In this document: positions 1-10,900 of the stretch, one piece after another
Layout of the letters: the number at the start of each line of letters is the position of its first letter
How positions within the stretch are numbered: position 1 is the first letter of the stretch
NCBI GenBank assembly: GCA_034530875.2
Contig: JAVRCJ020000012.1
Span: 64,001 to 128,000, forward strand
Origin: Nostoc sp. DedSLP01
GTDB lineage: Bacteria; Cyanobacteriota; Cyanobacteriia; Cyanobacteriales; Nostocaceae
Direction of reading: 5' to 3'
Length of the DNA stretch: 64,000 nt
Position numbers and translations under genes: made by a program
The notes under the pieces: generated by a model
The model's database searches: none
What the model saw: only the letters and a program-made list of their open reading frames with translations
Told to the model about the DNA's origin: nothing

Positions 1-2
1 TG

Positions 3-1010
3 TTGACAATTCATCAAAAACTTCCTTTTTTGGGATTAGCAGTAGTGGCTTTGTTACAGCTACATCTCAATAGCCAAACAACATTAGAGTTGACATTTGG
101 CCTACTCATTTGGCAAGGTCTAGGCGGCGGATTTAGCGCCACTGCTTGGCAAAGTATGGTTGCTAAAATTGTTCCCTCCACAAGGCTTGGCATTTTTTAC
201 GGTGCCATAGCAGCATCCTCTAATCTGATGAGTATTTTTGGTGCTGTGATTGCTGGTTTACTGCTTAAGGAAATCGCCCAACCATTTAACTTTGCTGTGT
301 GTTTTTTGTGTGCCAGTTTTGCAATGGCTTTATCTTGGTTTTTTATGTCTAGAACGCGGGAACCAGCAAACAACCTATCACCTGTCATCGAATCTAGAAG
401 TGAGTTTTGGCACAATCTGAGTTTAATTCTCCGACGGGATAAAAATTTCCGTAGTTTTGTGAATGCGCGTATGTTCTCACAGTTAGCAATGATGCCGCTT
501 CCGTTCTATACACTCTATGCAGTACATCAATATGGGATGGGAGAAGCAGCTGTTGGATTAATTACTAGTTTATTGATGATGACGCAAACTATTGCTGGAT
601 TAGTTTTAGGTTGGTTAGGCGATCGCATTGGTTACAAGTCCATCTTGGAAATTGGTTGTCTAGTCTCTGCGTTTAGTTCGTTACTAGCTTGTGTAGCACC
701 AGATGCGTCCTGGTTTTACTTAGTGTTTATCGGAGCAGGGATAGGTACGATCGCTATGCAAAATATTGCTTCTGTAATGACTTTAGAGTTTGGGAACCAG
801 CGCCAAAAACCGGCCTATATCGGTCTTGGTAATACTCTGGTTGCTCCTGCCACTATCGTTACTTCCCTACTAGGTGGCTGGATGGTGGAGAATTTTGACT
901 ATAAAACTACCTTCTTGGTAGCAGCGATGGGTGGATTAATTACAGCACTGGTTTTGTATGTAGGAGTACGCGAACCACGCTATCTAGACCAGAATTTTAG
1001 CAATGATTAA
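3..1010 (+). CDS. MFS transporter (5' end outside window)
   Basis: Many hydrophobic helices; MFS motif-A-like GWLGDRIGYK; ORF open to the window edge. Confidence 0.85.
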   Translation: MTIHQKLPFLGLAVVALLQLHLNSQTTLELTFGLLIWQGLGGGFSATAWQSMVAKIVPSTRLGIFYGAIAASSNLMSIFGAVIAGLLLKEIAQPFNFAVCFLCASFAMALSWFFMSRTREPANNLSPVIESRSEFWHNLSLILRRDKNFRSFVNARMFSQLAMMPLPFYTLYAVHQYGMGEAAVGLITSLLMMTQTIAGLVLGWLGDRIGYKSILEIGCLVSAFSSLLACVAPDASWFYLVFIGAGIGTIAMQNIASVMTLEFGNQRQKPAYIGLGNTLVAPATIVTSLLGGWMVENFDYKTTFLVAAMGGLITALVLYVGVREPRYLDQNFSND

Positions 1011-1239
1011 GTTAATGTCTAGCTTGAGCGATATTGATTGGTAATGCTAGTGCGATCGCACTATCCTTCAGACAGGGCGTAGGGTGTTGGGAAAAACTTG
1101 TATATTCTGAGTGGTTATAAAAGTTAATTAATGTTAGTAAAATCAAGCTTTGACAAAAAAGACTATTATTTACTTAATTAACGTTTAATATCACCCAAAA
1201 AAACCTATTTCATCCCTACACCCTATACCCTACACATTT

Positions 1240-3375
1240 TTAATATAAAAGTGTCGCCTTATCCAATTGATTTGAGAGTAAGTATGGTAATTCAATAATG
1301 ACTTCTGTTTGCTTTTTTAATTGAGAAACAACTTTAATATTTCCTTGATGCTTTTGGATAATTTGATAGCAATCAGTTAAACCTAAACCTATACCTTGCC
1401 CCACAGATTTAGTAGTAAAAAATGGGTCAAAAATTTTCGATATATTTTGGCTATCTATACCTATACCATTATCAATAATTTTGATAGTAACGCTATTTTG
1501 ATTATTTTGAGTTTGAATAGTAATTTTTTTGTCAAACTGTTCTCGATGCAATTCCAGAGCATCGATCGCATTTATCAAAACTTGCATAAAAACTTGATTT
1601 ATTTGTCGAGAATAACACTCAATTAAAGGTAAATCTTCATACTGTTTAATTATTTTGATAACTGGAAAATCATCGTGAGGGTTGAGGCGATGCTGTAGTA
1701 GCAATAAAGCACTATCAATTCCTTGATGGATGTTAACTTTTTTAATTTCAGCTTCATCATGGCGAGAAAAATTTCTCAATGATAAAATAATATTTTGAAT
1801 TCGATTAGCACCTTTATCCATAGAAGCTATAATTTGCGGTAAATCTTTGATTAAGTAATCGAGTTCAATTTGTTCTGCATAACTTTGAATCTCAGGGTTA
1901 GAACAGCATTCCTGATAGCGATAAATGAGATTAAATAAATCTTGAGTATAATTATTAACGTGGGCAAGATTAGCGTAAATAAAATTAATTGGATTATTAA
2001 TTTCGTGAGCGATACCAGCAACTATATTACCTAATGCTGACATTTTTTCTGTTTGAATTAACTGCGATTCAGCCATTTTTAAATTATGTAGTGCTGTATG
2101 CAATTGTTCAGTTTTAATCTCTAGCTCCTGATTTTTTTCTAAAAGCTCTATTGTCCTCTTTTGCACTCGTTCTTCTAATGTTTGACGAGCTAGTTCTAAT
2201 TCTTGAGTGCGTTCTGCAACCCTGTACTCTAGGTTATTAATTAAGGTCGTCAGAGAGCTAGCCATTTCTTGATAAGCATTAGCTAACTGCCCAATTTCAC
2301 CACCATTTTTAATATTAGGAATTGGATTACTTAAATCACCTGCTGCTAAAGTTTTACTACGGTCTGCAAGTTGAATAATTGGTTTACTAATTTGTCGAGC
2401 AAGGAAATGAGCAATTAACACTGACAAGAGGACTGCTAAACTTAACCCAAGCCAAATTAAACGGCTCATAGTTAGCTTGGCCTCTTGAAAGTATTTGGCG
2501 ATAATTTGAATTTTGACAATAGCTATAGGCCGATCGCCAGAATATATAGGGGCATAAATTGTATGCAATCCTGTCTCTGGCTGAATACGATAGAATGAGC
2601 GTCTTTGAAAAATTTTTGGTAAAATTTTAGAAGCAAAATAAGATTTTTCCCAAGTATCAGGTTTGAAATCAGAACTACTAGAGACAGAAAAGTTACCATT
2701 TAAAGAAATTATTTTTAGTTTAGTTGTTGGTTGCGAATAATTTAAAAATTGTCGCAACCATAGTTTATCCAGTAACTGTCCTGTAATTAAAGTTCCGGAT
2801 GGATTTCCAGTTCCATCAGTTCGGTAAATTGGTGAGCTTACCAACAATAATAGTCCTTGCGCTCCTGTATCAATTAACTCCTGAGATAACTTATTATTCT
2901 GATTAAAATATTTAATTTTTGCTTGTACTGCTGGAAGACTTAATAGTTGACTTCCAGATTCACTAATAATTTTTCCATCTGGAGACTTAATTACTCTAAC
3001 TATATCGATATCAGTACTGAATAAAAGTTGTTGAGAAACTTCTTTTTCGATCCATATCCGATTCTGATTTTGAACTGCATTGTACAGATCTGTCCAGTTA
3101 GCATAACCAGAAATTAAATTTTGTAGCCCTTTTTCTGTAGCAGATTTGTAACCACCAAAAGCTAGAACTTGGTCGTCAAGTCGATTTTTTTCCAATTTAA
3201 TTAGTGGCTTCTCTACTAATTGCCAAACGACACTGCATAAAACGAAAACTGGTACTAACGATGCTCCAAATGTAAAAACTAAAATTTTTGTTTGAAGTTT
3301 TTGCAAAAATTTTAGTTTTTTAAGGTTTATCATCCAGAACTGCCTTTGACTAATTATCTTGGATTTTGAACGCAT
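1240..3375 (-). CDS. Membrane sensor histidine kinase (CHASE4-like, HAMP, HisKA, HATPase)
   Basis: Two TM segments; WTDLYNAV; HAMP GEIGQLANAYQEM; H-box AHEINNP; DNGIG, DPFFTTK and GIGLGL boxes. Confidence 0.9.
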   Translation of the reverse strand: MRSKSKIISQRQFWMINLKKLKFLQKLQTKILVFTFGASLVPVFVLCSVVWQLVEKPLIKLEKNRLDDQVLAFGGYKSATEKGLQNLISGYANWTDLYNAVQNQNRIWIEKEVSQQLLFSTDIDIVRVIKSPDGKIISESGSQLLSLPAVQAKIKYFNQNNKLSQELIDTGAQGLLLLVSSPIYRTDGTGNPSGTLITGQLLDKLWLRQFLNYSQPTTKLKIISLNGNFSVSSSSDFKPDTWEKSYFASKILPKIFQRRSFYRIQPETGLHTIYAPIYSGDRPIAIVKIQIIAKYFQEAKLTMSRLIWLGLSLAVLLSVLIAHFLARQISKPIIQLADRSKTLAAGDLSNPIPNIKNGGEIGQLANAYQEMASSLTTLINNLEYRVAERTQELELARQTLEERVQKRTIELLEKNQELEIKTEQLHTALHNLKMAESQLIQTEKMSALGNIVAGIAHEINNPINFIYANLAHVNNYTQDLFNLIYRYQECCSNPEIQSYAEQIELDYLIKDLPQIIASMDKGANRIQNIILSLRNFSRHDEAEIKKVNIHQGIDSALLLLQHRLNPHDDFPVIKIIKQYEDLPLIECYSRQINQVFMQVLINAIDALELHREQFDKKITIQTQNNQNSVTIKIIDNGIGIDSQNISKIFDPFFTTKSVGQGIGLGLTDCYQIIQKHQGNIKVVSQLKKQTEVIIELPYLLSNQLDKATLLY

Positions 3376-3535
3376 TTAATTTCGGCAACACAGATGCCAC
3401 CTTAACTAACTTTTACTACCAACCAAGTGGATTAGTAGCATTCATCGCTTCGGCTTTGCGAGCAATTCGTAATCTCAACTCCCTGCTGAGTCGAAGTGTT
3501 AATCTATAATTCCCAAAATCTGCTTGCTTATAAAG

Positions 3536-3612
3536 CAATACCCTTGGGTTAAAAAACTTCCTGGGTGCAACGCAACAGAGGGAAGAAAAATAGGCTTATC
3601 TGAACTGTATTA
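3536..3612. mobile_element. MITE, CAATAC...GTATT-ended family, 77 bp
   Basis: Ends caatacccttgggttaa / ttatctgaactgtatta; flanks gcttataaag / gcttataaac (9 of 10 match). Confidence 0.7.
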
Positions 3613-3787
3613 GCTTATAAACTTTAGTCCCCAGTTGCATGATTAGCGACTGAAGACATGAATTGTCGCGCTATGGGGAAATGTTGTAGACGTGGAGATC
3701 GGGAGTTGGAGCGATCGCCTCGCACCGAAGTATCATTTTTAGCTCTACTTGCCATCTATATCAATCTTAAGATAAAGCCCTATAAGG

Positions 3788-3885
3788 TAATACCGTTGAG
3801 TTAAGCTTTTTTCTCTCCCCTGCCTCCTCTGCCTCCTCTGCCCCCCTGCCTGCCCGAACAAATAAATTCCTTAACCCAAGCGTTG
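3788..3885. mobile_element. MITE, same family, 98 bp, with CCTCTGCCT-type internal repeats
   Basis: Ends taataccgttgagttaag / cttaacccaagcgttg; perfect 10-bp flanking duplication ccctataagg; similar copy at about 39950-40040. Confidence 0.8.
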
Positions 3886-4271
3886 CCCTATAAGGGTGTA
3901 GCCGAAAAACTTATTAAAATCTCAATCTCAGCACTTGTGTCTATTTATTTAAGCTAAAAGCAAAGTGTTTTGGGGCGAAAAGCCCGAACATTTGAATTTA
4001 ATTGATTAAGTCATCAATCTTTAGATAGAAATATTTTTAAATTTATTTTTTTAATAAAACTTCAATGTTTTATTAAATGTTCGTTATCGATGATAGGCAG
4101 GAGTTAGATGAATTTTAGATTAATTTTTATATTTTTTCTTGAGTGAAATTAAATTATTTTGATTTCAAAGATTACTAATAATACTTCTAAAGAAGAATAG
4201 TCTTATTTTTGATGCTTGAGTATAAATAATAATGTTGCCTATTTTCCATATTAAATTTTCAATTTACTCAA

Positions 4272-6377
4272 ATGCTGAGTCTGCTCTTAATCGATGATAA
4301 CGAACAAGATAGAGCTTTAGTCATCCGCAAACTGAAGTCAGAATTTTCTGAAATTCAAATTGAACAGGTTGCAACAGCAAAACAATTTCAGCAAGCAATA
4401 GAAGCAGGTAACTTTGAGTTTGTCATCACTGACTATAGTCTACGTTGGAGTGATGGATTGACTATCTTACATGAAATTAAATCTCGCTACCCCAATTGTC
4501 CAGTCATTATGTTTACTGGTAGCGGCTCTCAAGAGATTGCTGTCGAAGCGATGAAAGCGGGGCTAGATGACTATATTATCAAATCAATAAAACATTATGT
4601 CCGTCTGCCAGTAGCTATTCGTTCAATTTTGCAAAGATTAGAGCAAAAGCAAGCAGCTGAAAACACTCTTGCCGAACAAGCTCAATTGTTAGACCTGGTG
4701 GATGAAGCTATTTTTGTCCGTAATGCCAGCAATGCAATTACATATTGGAATCGTAGTGCCGAACAACTGTACGGTTGGACAAGTAAAGAAGCACTAGGAA
4801 AGATGCCTCATGTTTTATTACAAACAGAATTTCCATCAACGTGTCCTAATATCGATAAAATCTTGTGCGAGCAAAATAATTGGTCAGGCGAACTGACACA
4901 AACGCAACGAGATGGAACCCAAATTATTGTTGAAAGCCGTCAGGTTTTAATGCGAGATCCACAAGGTTGGCCAAAAGGAGTTTTGGAAGTCAATCGTAAT
5001 ATTACCCAACGCAAACAAGCTGAAAAACAATTATTCCAAAGTGCGTTTTACGATGCACTTACAGGTTTAGCAAACCGAGCCTTATTTATGGAGCGTTTAA
5101 AACATGCGCTCCTACAAACCAAACGGCAGGAAAATTATTTGTTTGCAGTGCTGTTTTTAGATCTAGATCGGTTTAAAGCGATCAATGATAGTCTGGGACA
5201 CATCAAAGGCGATCGATTTTTGATTGTAACTGCAAACAGACTATCGAAATGTATCCGGTCAACAGATACAGCAGCACGGCTGGGTGGAGATGAATTTACA
5301 ATCTTGGTGGATGGAATTCAAGATGTGTCAGACGCCATTAAAGTAGCAGGACGGATTCAAGAGGAACTGGCATTACCTTTCAATTTGGACTCTCAAGAAG
5401 TTTTCACAACGGCAAGTATTGGTATTGCTTTAAGTTCGACAGTAAACTACGAGCAACCAGAAGAAATACTCAGAGATGCTGACACAGCCATGTACAAAGC
5501 CAAGGCATTGGGTAAGGCACGCTTTGAATTATTCAACTCTGATATGTATGCTTCAGCTCTGGCAAGATTGCAGTTAGAAAGGGATATGCGTCGAGCAATT
5601 GAACGCAATGAGTTTGTAGTTTATTACCAACCAATTGTTTCCCTCAATACTGGTTGTATTTTGGGTTTTGAGGCACTGCTGCGCTGGCAGCATCCAGAAC
5701 GTGGTTTGCTCAATCCTACTGATTTTATTACCTTAGCTGAAGAAACTGGACTAATTATCCAAATTGGTTACTGGGTACTGTATCAAGCGTGTTGCCAAAT
5801 GCAACATTGGCGAGATAAGTATTGTATTACTTCCCTAGAAAAAATTAGCGTTAATCTTTCTATTAAACAATTTTCCCAGCCAGATTTAATTGACCGTATT
5901 TCTCAAATATTGGCTGCAACTGGTCTTGATGCTAAGAGTTTAATACTAGAGATTACTGAAAGCGCAATTGTCAAAAATTCTCAGGCAATAGCCACACTTT
6001 CCCAATTTCGAGATTTAGGAATTGAATTCTCAATTGATGACTTTGGTATCGGCTATTTTTCTTTAGAACATCTTTATACACTTCCAATTAGTATATTAAA
6101 AATTGACCGTTATTTTATTAATGCGATCGCTCGAGATAAAAGGAGTTTAGAAATTGTTGAAATTATCATTTCTTTGGCACATAAGCTAGGTGTAAGTGTG
6201 ACTGTTGAAGGAGTAGAAACACAAGAACAATTAGGAGTTATCAAAAATTTGAATTGTGAGTATGCCCAAGGCTATTTTTTCTCAGAACCATTGGATAATT
6301 TAGCTGCAATAGAATTAATTAATCTTCAAAAAAATCATTTTTTAGCGTCCCAGTATAGTTATACTATTTCTCCATGA
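4272..6377 (+). CDS. REC-PAS-GGDEF-EAL diguanylate cyclase/phosphodiesterase
   Basis: N-terminal receiver; PAS YWNRSAEQLYGW; RLGGDEF; EALLRW, DDFG, KIDR, EGVE, QGY. Confidence 0.95.
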   Translation: MLSLLLIDDNEQDRALVIRKLKSEFSEIQIEQVATAKQFQQAIEAGNFEFVITDYSLRWSDGLTILHEIKSRYPNCPVIMFTGSGSQEIAVEAMKAGLDDYIIKSIKHYVRLPVAIRSILQRLEQKQAAENTLAEQAQLLDLVDEAIFVRNASNAITYWNRSAEQLYGWTSKEALGKMPHVLLQTEFPSTCPNIDKILCEQNNWSGELTQTQRDGTQIIVESRQVLMRDPQGWPKGVLEVNRNITQRKQAEKQLFQSAFYDALTGLANRALFMERLKHALLQTKRQENYLFAVLFLDLDRFKAINDSLGHIKGDRFLIVTANRLSKCIRSTDTAARLGGDEFTILVDGIQDVSDAIKVAGRIQEELALPFNLDSQEVFTTASIGIALSSTVNYEQPEEILRDADTAMYKAKALGKARFELFNSDMYASALARLQLERDMRRAIERNEFVVYYQPIVSLNTGCILGFEALLRWQHPERGLLNPTDFITLAEETGLIIQIGYWVLYQACCQMQHWRDKYCITSLEKISVNLSIKQFSQPDLIDRISQILAATGLDAKSLILEITESAIVKNSQAIATLSQFRDLGIEFSIDDFGIGYFSLEHLYTLPISILKIDRYFINAIARDKRSLEIVEIIISLAHKLGVSVTVEGVETQEQLGVIKNLNCEYAQGYFFSEPLDNLAAIELINLQKNHFLASQYSYTISP

Positions 6378-6403
6378 AGTAAATCTTAATTAAGTTGCTT
6401 TAA

Positions 6404-6677
6404 GTCAACTTAACGCAAAAGGGGCGGTTAGAAACCGCACGCCAGTTGCTACCCTGCGGGAACGCTTTCAGCGAACAAGTCGGCAGAGCCGACGACAGTC
6501 GCCTCAAGTCGGGAAACCCGCCCACGGCGCTGTCTCCCCAACGCACTGGCTCGTCTACACAAACTATCACCCACCTGCGTGGGTTTCAAAACCTTAATTT
6601 TCCCTTAGTCCGCGTGGTGCGCCAAGCCGCAGGGTAGGGTAGCAAGTGGCGCGCGAATTCTATTCGCTTAAGTTGAC
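6404..6677. repeat. Composite GC-rich dispersed repeat/MITE with nested palindromic units
   Basis: Terminal inverted repeat gtcaacttaa / ttaagttgac around several GC-rich hairpin-like units in AT-rich context. Confidence 0.6.
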
Positions 6678-6996
6678 ACCAATGCACAGCTGTAAAGCCC
6701 CTACGAATCGGCGTATTTTACCGAATTGAGAACCGCTATATTTTAAGCTTGCCAGGCCAGTACGGCATCAATTAACGATTAGGTACATTAGGCTATGTTG
6801 TAAAAGGTGTCTGTACGCTTTCGCACGTTAAACAATTTGAATTATTCTAAATAGATTTTTATTATTTAAATCTTTAAAATTCCAATAAATATTTAGATGA
6901 AAAATAATCTTTCTCAGTAATTTCCACATTGTTAAGAAACGTTAAACGTTTTACCTTTTCAAAAGGAAACAAAACGTCAAAGTTTATTTTGTAATT

Positions 6997-7087
6997 TATA
7001 GCAGGAGGCAGGAGGCAGGAGGGAAAGTCTTACTATTCCCAGCATTCAAGCTTTGAAAATGTCCTAACATATCTGGCTACAGCTATA
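6997..7087. repeat. Short TA-ended repeat element with GGCAGGA heptamers
   Basis: tatagc...gctata ends; gcaggaggcaggaggcagga. Confidence 0.5.
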
Positions 7088-7139
7088 TTGTTAATTTTTT
7101 TGTTTCTGCAATCTAATATAGTAAATTATCTGAAACTAT

Positions 7140-7526
7140 ATGCGAACTGCTTTAATAATTAGTAGCGACTTAAATAATGTAGAAAAATTAAGCCATTACT
7201 TGGAGGAAAATGGTTATCTCGCCAGCCATTTTTTTAACGATGATACAATACAAGAAATAATAAATTTATCAAAACCTAATTTGATTTTTATAGATATAAT
7301 TTTACAAAAAAGAAGTGGTTTTGAGGTCTGTCGTAAATTAAAAAGCAATCCTAAGGCCAGAAAAATACCAGTTGTAATTATTTCATCGGGAGATAATAAT
7401 ATTGGGCAGACATGGGGGACAATGTTAGAGGCTGAAGCTTATTTACTTAAGCCAATAGATAAAGAGCAGGTAGCAGCAGTATTACAACAATTAACGCTTA
7501 AAAAAGTTGAAACATCAGCTAACTAG
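7140..7526 (+). CDS. Single-domain CheY/PilH-like response regulator, degenerate acidic pocket
   Basis: FIDIILQKRSGFEVCRKLK, AEAYLLKP; N-terminal acidic pair replaced (ISSD). Confidence 0.8.
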   Translation: MRTALIISSDLNNVEKLSHYLEENGYLASHFFNDDTIQEIINLSKPNLIFIDIILQKRSGFEVCRKLKSNPKARKIPVVIISSGDNNIGQTWGTMLEAEAYLLKPIDKEQVAAVLQQLTLKKVETSAN

Positions 7527-7974
7527 GTTCCAATCGAGGGGGACGGTTAAACATCACCCAAAATAAACCAAGGGAGCGCGCCATTTCTAATAAGGTGTTT
7601 GTGTCGGGTGGTTTGACTAAATAAGAGTTGGCTCCTAAAGAATAAGCGCGATCGATATCAATTTGTTGCTCAGATGATGTCAATACTACTACTGGCAGAT
7701 GTTTGATGTTTGACTCATTTCTGAGCCAAGTTAAAACCTCGAAGCCAGAATAGCGTGGCAGTTTGAGGTCGAGCAGTATGAGAATCGGAATCGGATAGCG
7801 ATCGCGGTCTTGATAAATGCTTTGTCCGCTAAGATAGTGAATCGCTTGTTCGCCATCGCTAACTACTTCTAAAGCGCTGGTTGCATTTGCTTTTTGAAAG
7901 GCTCTTTGAATTCTAAACACATCAGCGCGTTCGTCTTCTACCAGCAAAATGGTCGCATTGTAATAACTGTTCAT
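7519..7974 (-). CDS. Rcp1-like single-domain response regulator
   Basis: LLVED, LILLDLKLP, VVVLTSS, GANSYLVKP; overlaps the upstream kinase stop (ATGA). Confidence 0.9.
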   Translation of the reverse strand: MNSYYNATILLVEDERADVFRIQRAFQKANATSALEVVSDGEQAIHYLSGQSIYQDRDRYPIPILILLDLKLPRYSGFEVLTWLRNESNIKHLPVVVLTSSEQQIDIDRAYSLGANSYLVKPPDTNTLLEMARSLGLFWVMFNRPPRLEPS

Positions 7975-10900
7975 TCGATCCCCTGCAATTCAATCCAAAA
8001 TCGACTTCCCTGACCAGAAGCAGACTCTACGCCTGCTTGTCCTCCCAGACGTTCTGCTCCTTTACGCACAATTGCCAATCCAATTCCCGTACCCGGGTAA
8101 GCCTCAATGCCGTGCAGACGCTCAAAAACGCCAAATATCTGCTGTTGATGGGCTACTTGAATACCAATACCATTGTCTTCTACCCACAAACGCACCCAAT
8201 TTTCGTGGGTTTGAAACCAAATTTTTATCTGTGGTTGAATGCCTGGGGCGACAAACTTCATAGCATTTGACAATAAATTGACAACCATTTGTACCAGAAC
8301 CGAACGCTGTCCCAAGACTACGGGTAAATCTGTTGCAACGGTGATTTCCGCTTGGGAATCCCGTATGTCTGCTTCTAGTTGGGCTTGCGCTTCTGTCAAA
8401 ATCTGAGTTAAGCGCACGGGGGTTAGCCGAATCTGCTCGCGGCTGAGGCGGCTATATGCCAGCAGATCGCTAATTAGTTCGTTCATGCGCTCGATGCCTT
8501 GAACGATGTAATCAATGTACTCTTGAGCAGTTTCATCGAGGCGTTCGCCATAATCGTCAACCAAAGCTTCAGCAAAGCCTTGAATTCCTCGCAACGGTGC
8601 CCGCAAATCGTGAGCTACAGTGTAGGAAAAAGCTTCTAAATCTTTGTTGGCTTCCCGAAGTTGGGCAGTGCGTTCTTCAACTCGTTGTTCCAGGGTGGTG
8701 TTTAGTTGCAAAAGCTCGGCTTCTGCTGTTTTGCGGTTAGTGATGTCGGAACGCACAGCGATGTACTGATAGGGTTTACCTGTGGCATCTAGAAATGGCA
8801 CGATTGTGGTGGCAACCCAATAAAATGTACCATCCTTGGCGCGATTTTTAATTTCTCCTTGCCATACTTCTCCGTTGCTAATGGTTTTCCATAACTGCCG
8901 GAAAAATTCTTTGGGGTGGTAGCCGGAGTTAATAATCCGATGGTTTTGCCCAATTAATTCTTCTTTGGAGTACTGGGAAAGCTCGCAGAATTTATCGTTG
9001 ACATAAGTAATAGTTCCTTGGGTATCGGTAATGGCAACAATCGAGGAGCGATCGAGGGCAAACTTAAAGTCTGCCAGGTCTTTCAATGAGTTCTGTAATG
9101 CCATTTCTGAGCGTTTGCGCTCGGTAATATCCAAAAACACGCCAATGCTGCCTCTGGTTTGTCTGCGTTCGTCAAACAAAGGGGCAGCGTACTCTAAGAG
9201 TGTGAGTGTTGTGCCATCATTCCAAACCACATCGATTTCAAAATCTCGAACTTCAATTCCTTGTGCGGCTGCAAGTTGCAAAGGCAAATCTTCGGGAGCA
9301 AGTTGGCGATGATTTTGATAAATTTGAAAGTTTGTTGGGCGATCGCCTTCTGGAGCGCTTAAAGAAGCATTGGCATTTGGCGAAATAGCTAACATTTGAG
9401 CAAAGGCTGAGTTAACCCGAATCTTTTCACATTGCGGATCTTCAGCAATGCCAATACCAATGGGAATAACTTCTAATAGTGTTTGAGATTCTGCCAACTG
9501 CCTTTCGAGTTCTTGGTTTAAGTTCAAAATTTCTTGCTCGGCTTGTTTGCGATCGCTAATATCAACTAAGTTGACAATTCGGTAAGGTAAATTAGGCTCA
9601 TCGTCAACCATTGTAATATCCAGCAAGACTGGAAAGACGCTTCCATCTTTACGAATGTGAAATGACTCAAGCGTTAGATGTTCCACCTGATTGAGTTGTT
9701 GGATAAACTCCATTGTCTGTGTATGAATTTCTGGTGGAAATAAATCGAGGATCTGAGTGCCTGTCAGTTCTTCTACTGAGTAACCGTGTATCCGGGCAAA
9801 GGCAGGATTCACCCTCTCTAATACTGCTCCCCGGCTAATCGCTAACCCATGTTGGGCAAATTGAAAAATGTCTTTGTACTTCTGTAAATCAGCTTCGGCT
9901 TGTTTGCGCTCGGTGATATCTCGATTCACTTCTAAAAAACCACAGGGATTGCCTTGCTCGTCTCGGATTAGCACCTGACGGCTGTCAACAATAATTTGTT
10001 GACCATGTTTGCAGGTGTGGGTTAATTCTCCTTGCCACCGTTCCTGTTCTAAGAGTATCCGGTCAAGATTGCTGGCTAACTCTGGGGGTTGGGTTTGGAG
10101 GAATGTGTGGGTGATATGTCCCATCGCTTCTGGGGGCGTCCAGCCATATTTAGCTTCTGCGCCCCGGTTCCAATAGGTAATTGCACCTCGTTCGTCTCGG
10201 ACAAAGATGGCCTCGCTAGTCAATTCCAGCAAATCAGCTTGTCGCTGTACAAGTTTCGTTTGTTTTGCTAGCTCGTCTTCGGCTTGCTTGGGAACTGTAA
10301 CATCTCGCGCCACGGCATATATTAAGTCGTTCTCAGAAACTGCAACCGATTTCCAAGATAACCACTTGTATGACCCATCTTTGCAGCGATAGCGATTTTC
10401 AAAAATTGCTGAGGCATTATTATCCGCCGCATAACGTTCGACCTCTTGGCGAGTTCTTTCTAAATCTTCAGGATGCACGAAGCTGTAAAAGGGTTGGGCT
10501 AAAATTTCTGCCTGAGTGTAGCCGAGAACTTTTTCCCAAGCAGGGTTGACTTGTTTGAAATAACCATCGATGCCAGCGACGCACATCATATCCAGAGAAA
10601 GCACAAAGAAGCGATCGCGTTCTTCTTGAGCAACTTTGCTGTCTGTGATGTCAAACAGAATGCCGCGACAACAAACCGCTTCTCCAACTTCGTTGTAAAA
10701 GAAACGCCCAATGGATTTGAGCCATCTTAATTGGTCGTTGTTAGGGTCGATAATGCGATATTCAAAACTCAAAATTTGGCGATCGCGTTTGGCTCGTTCT
10801 TCGATTTGCCTGACTTGCTCTAAATCCTCTGGATAAATTCGGTTACGCCACATCTTGATGGTTGCTTCCCCGCTAGAAACTAGGTCATACCCCATCAAGT

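Noticed and set aside
6446..6637. 63-aa ORF
   Set aside because: Lies wholly within a composite repeat
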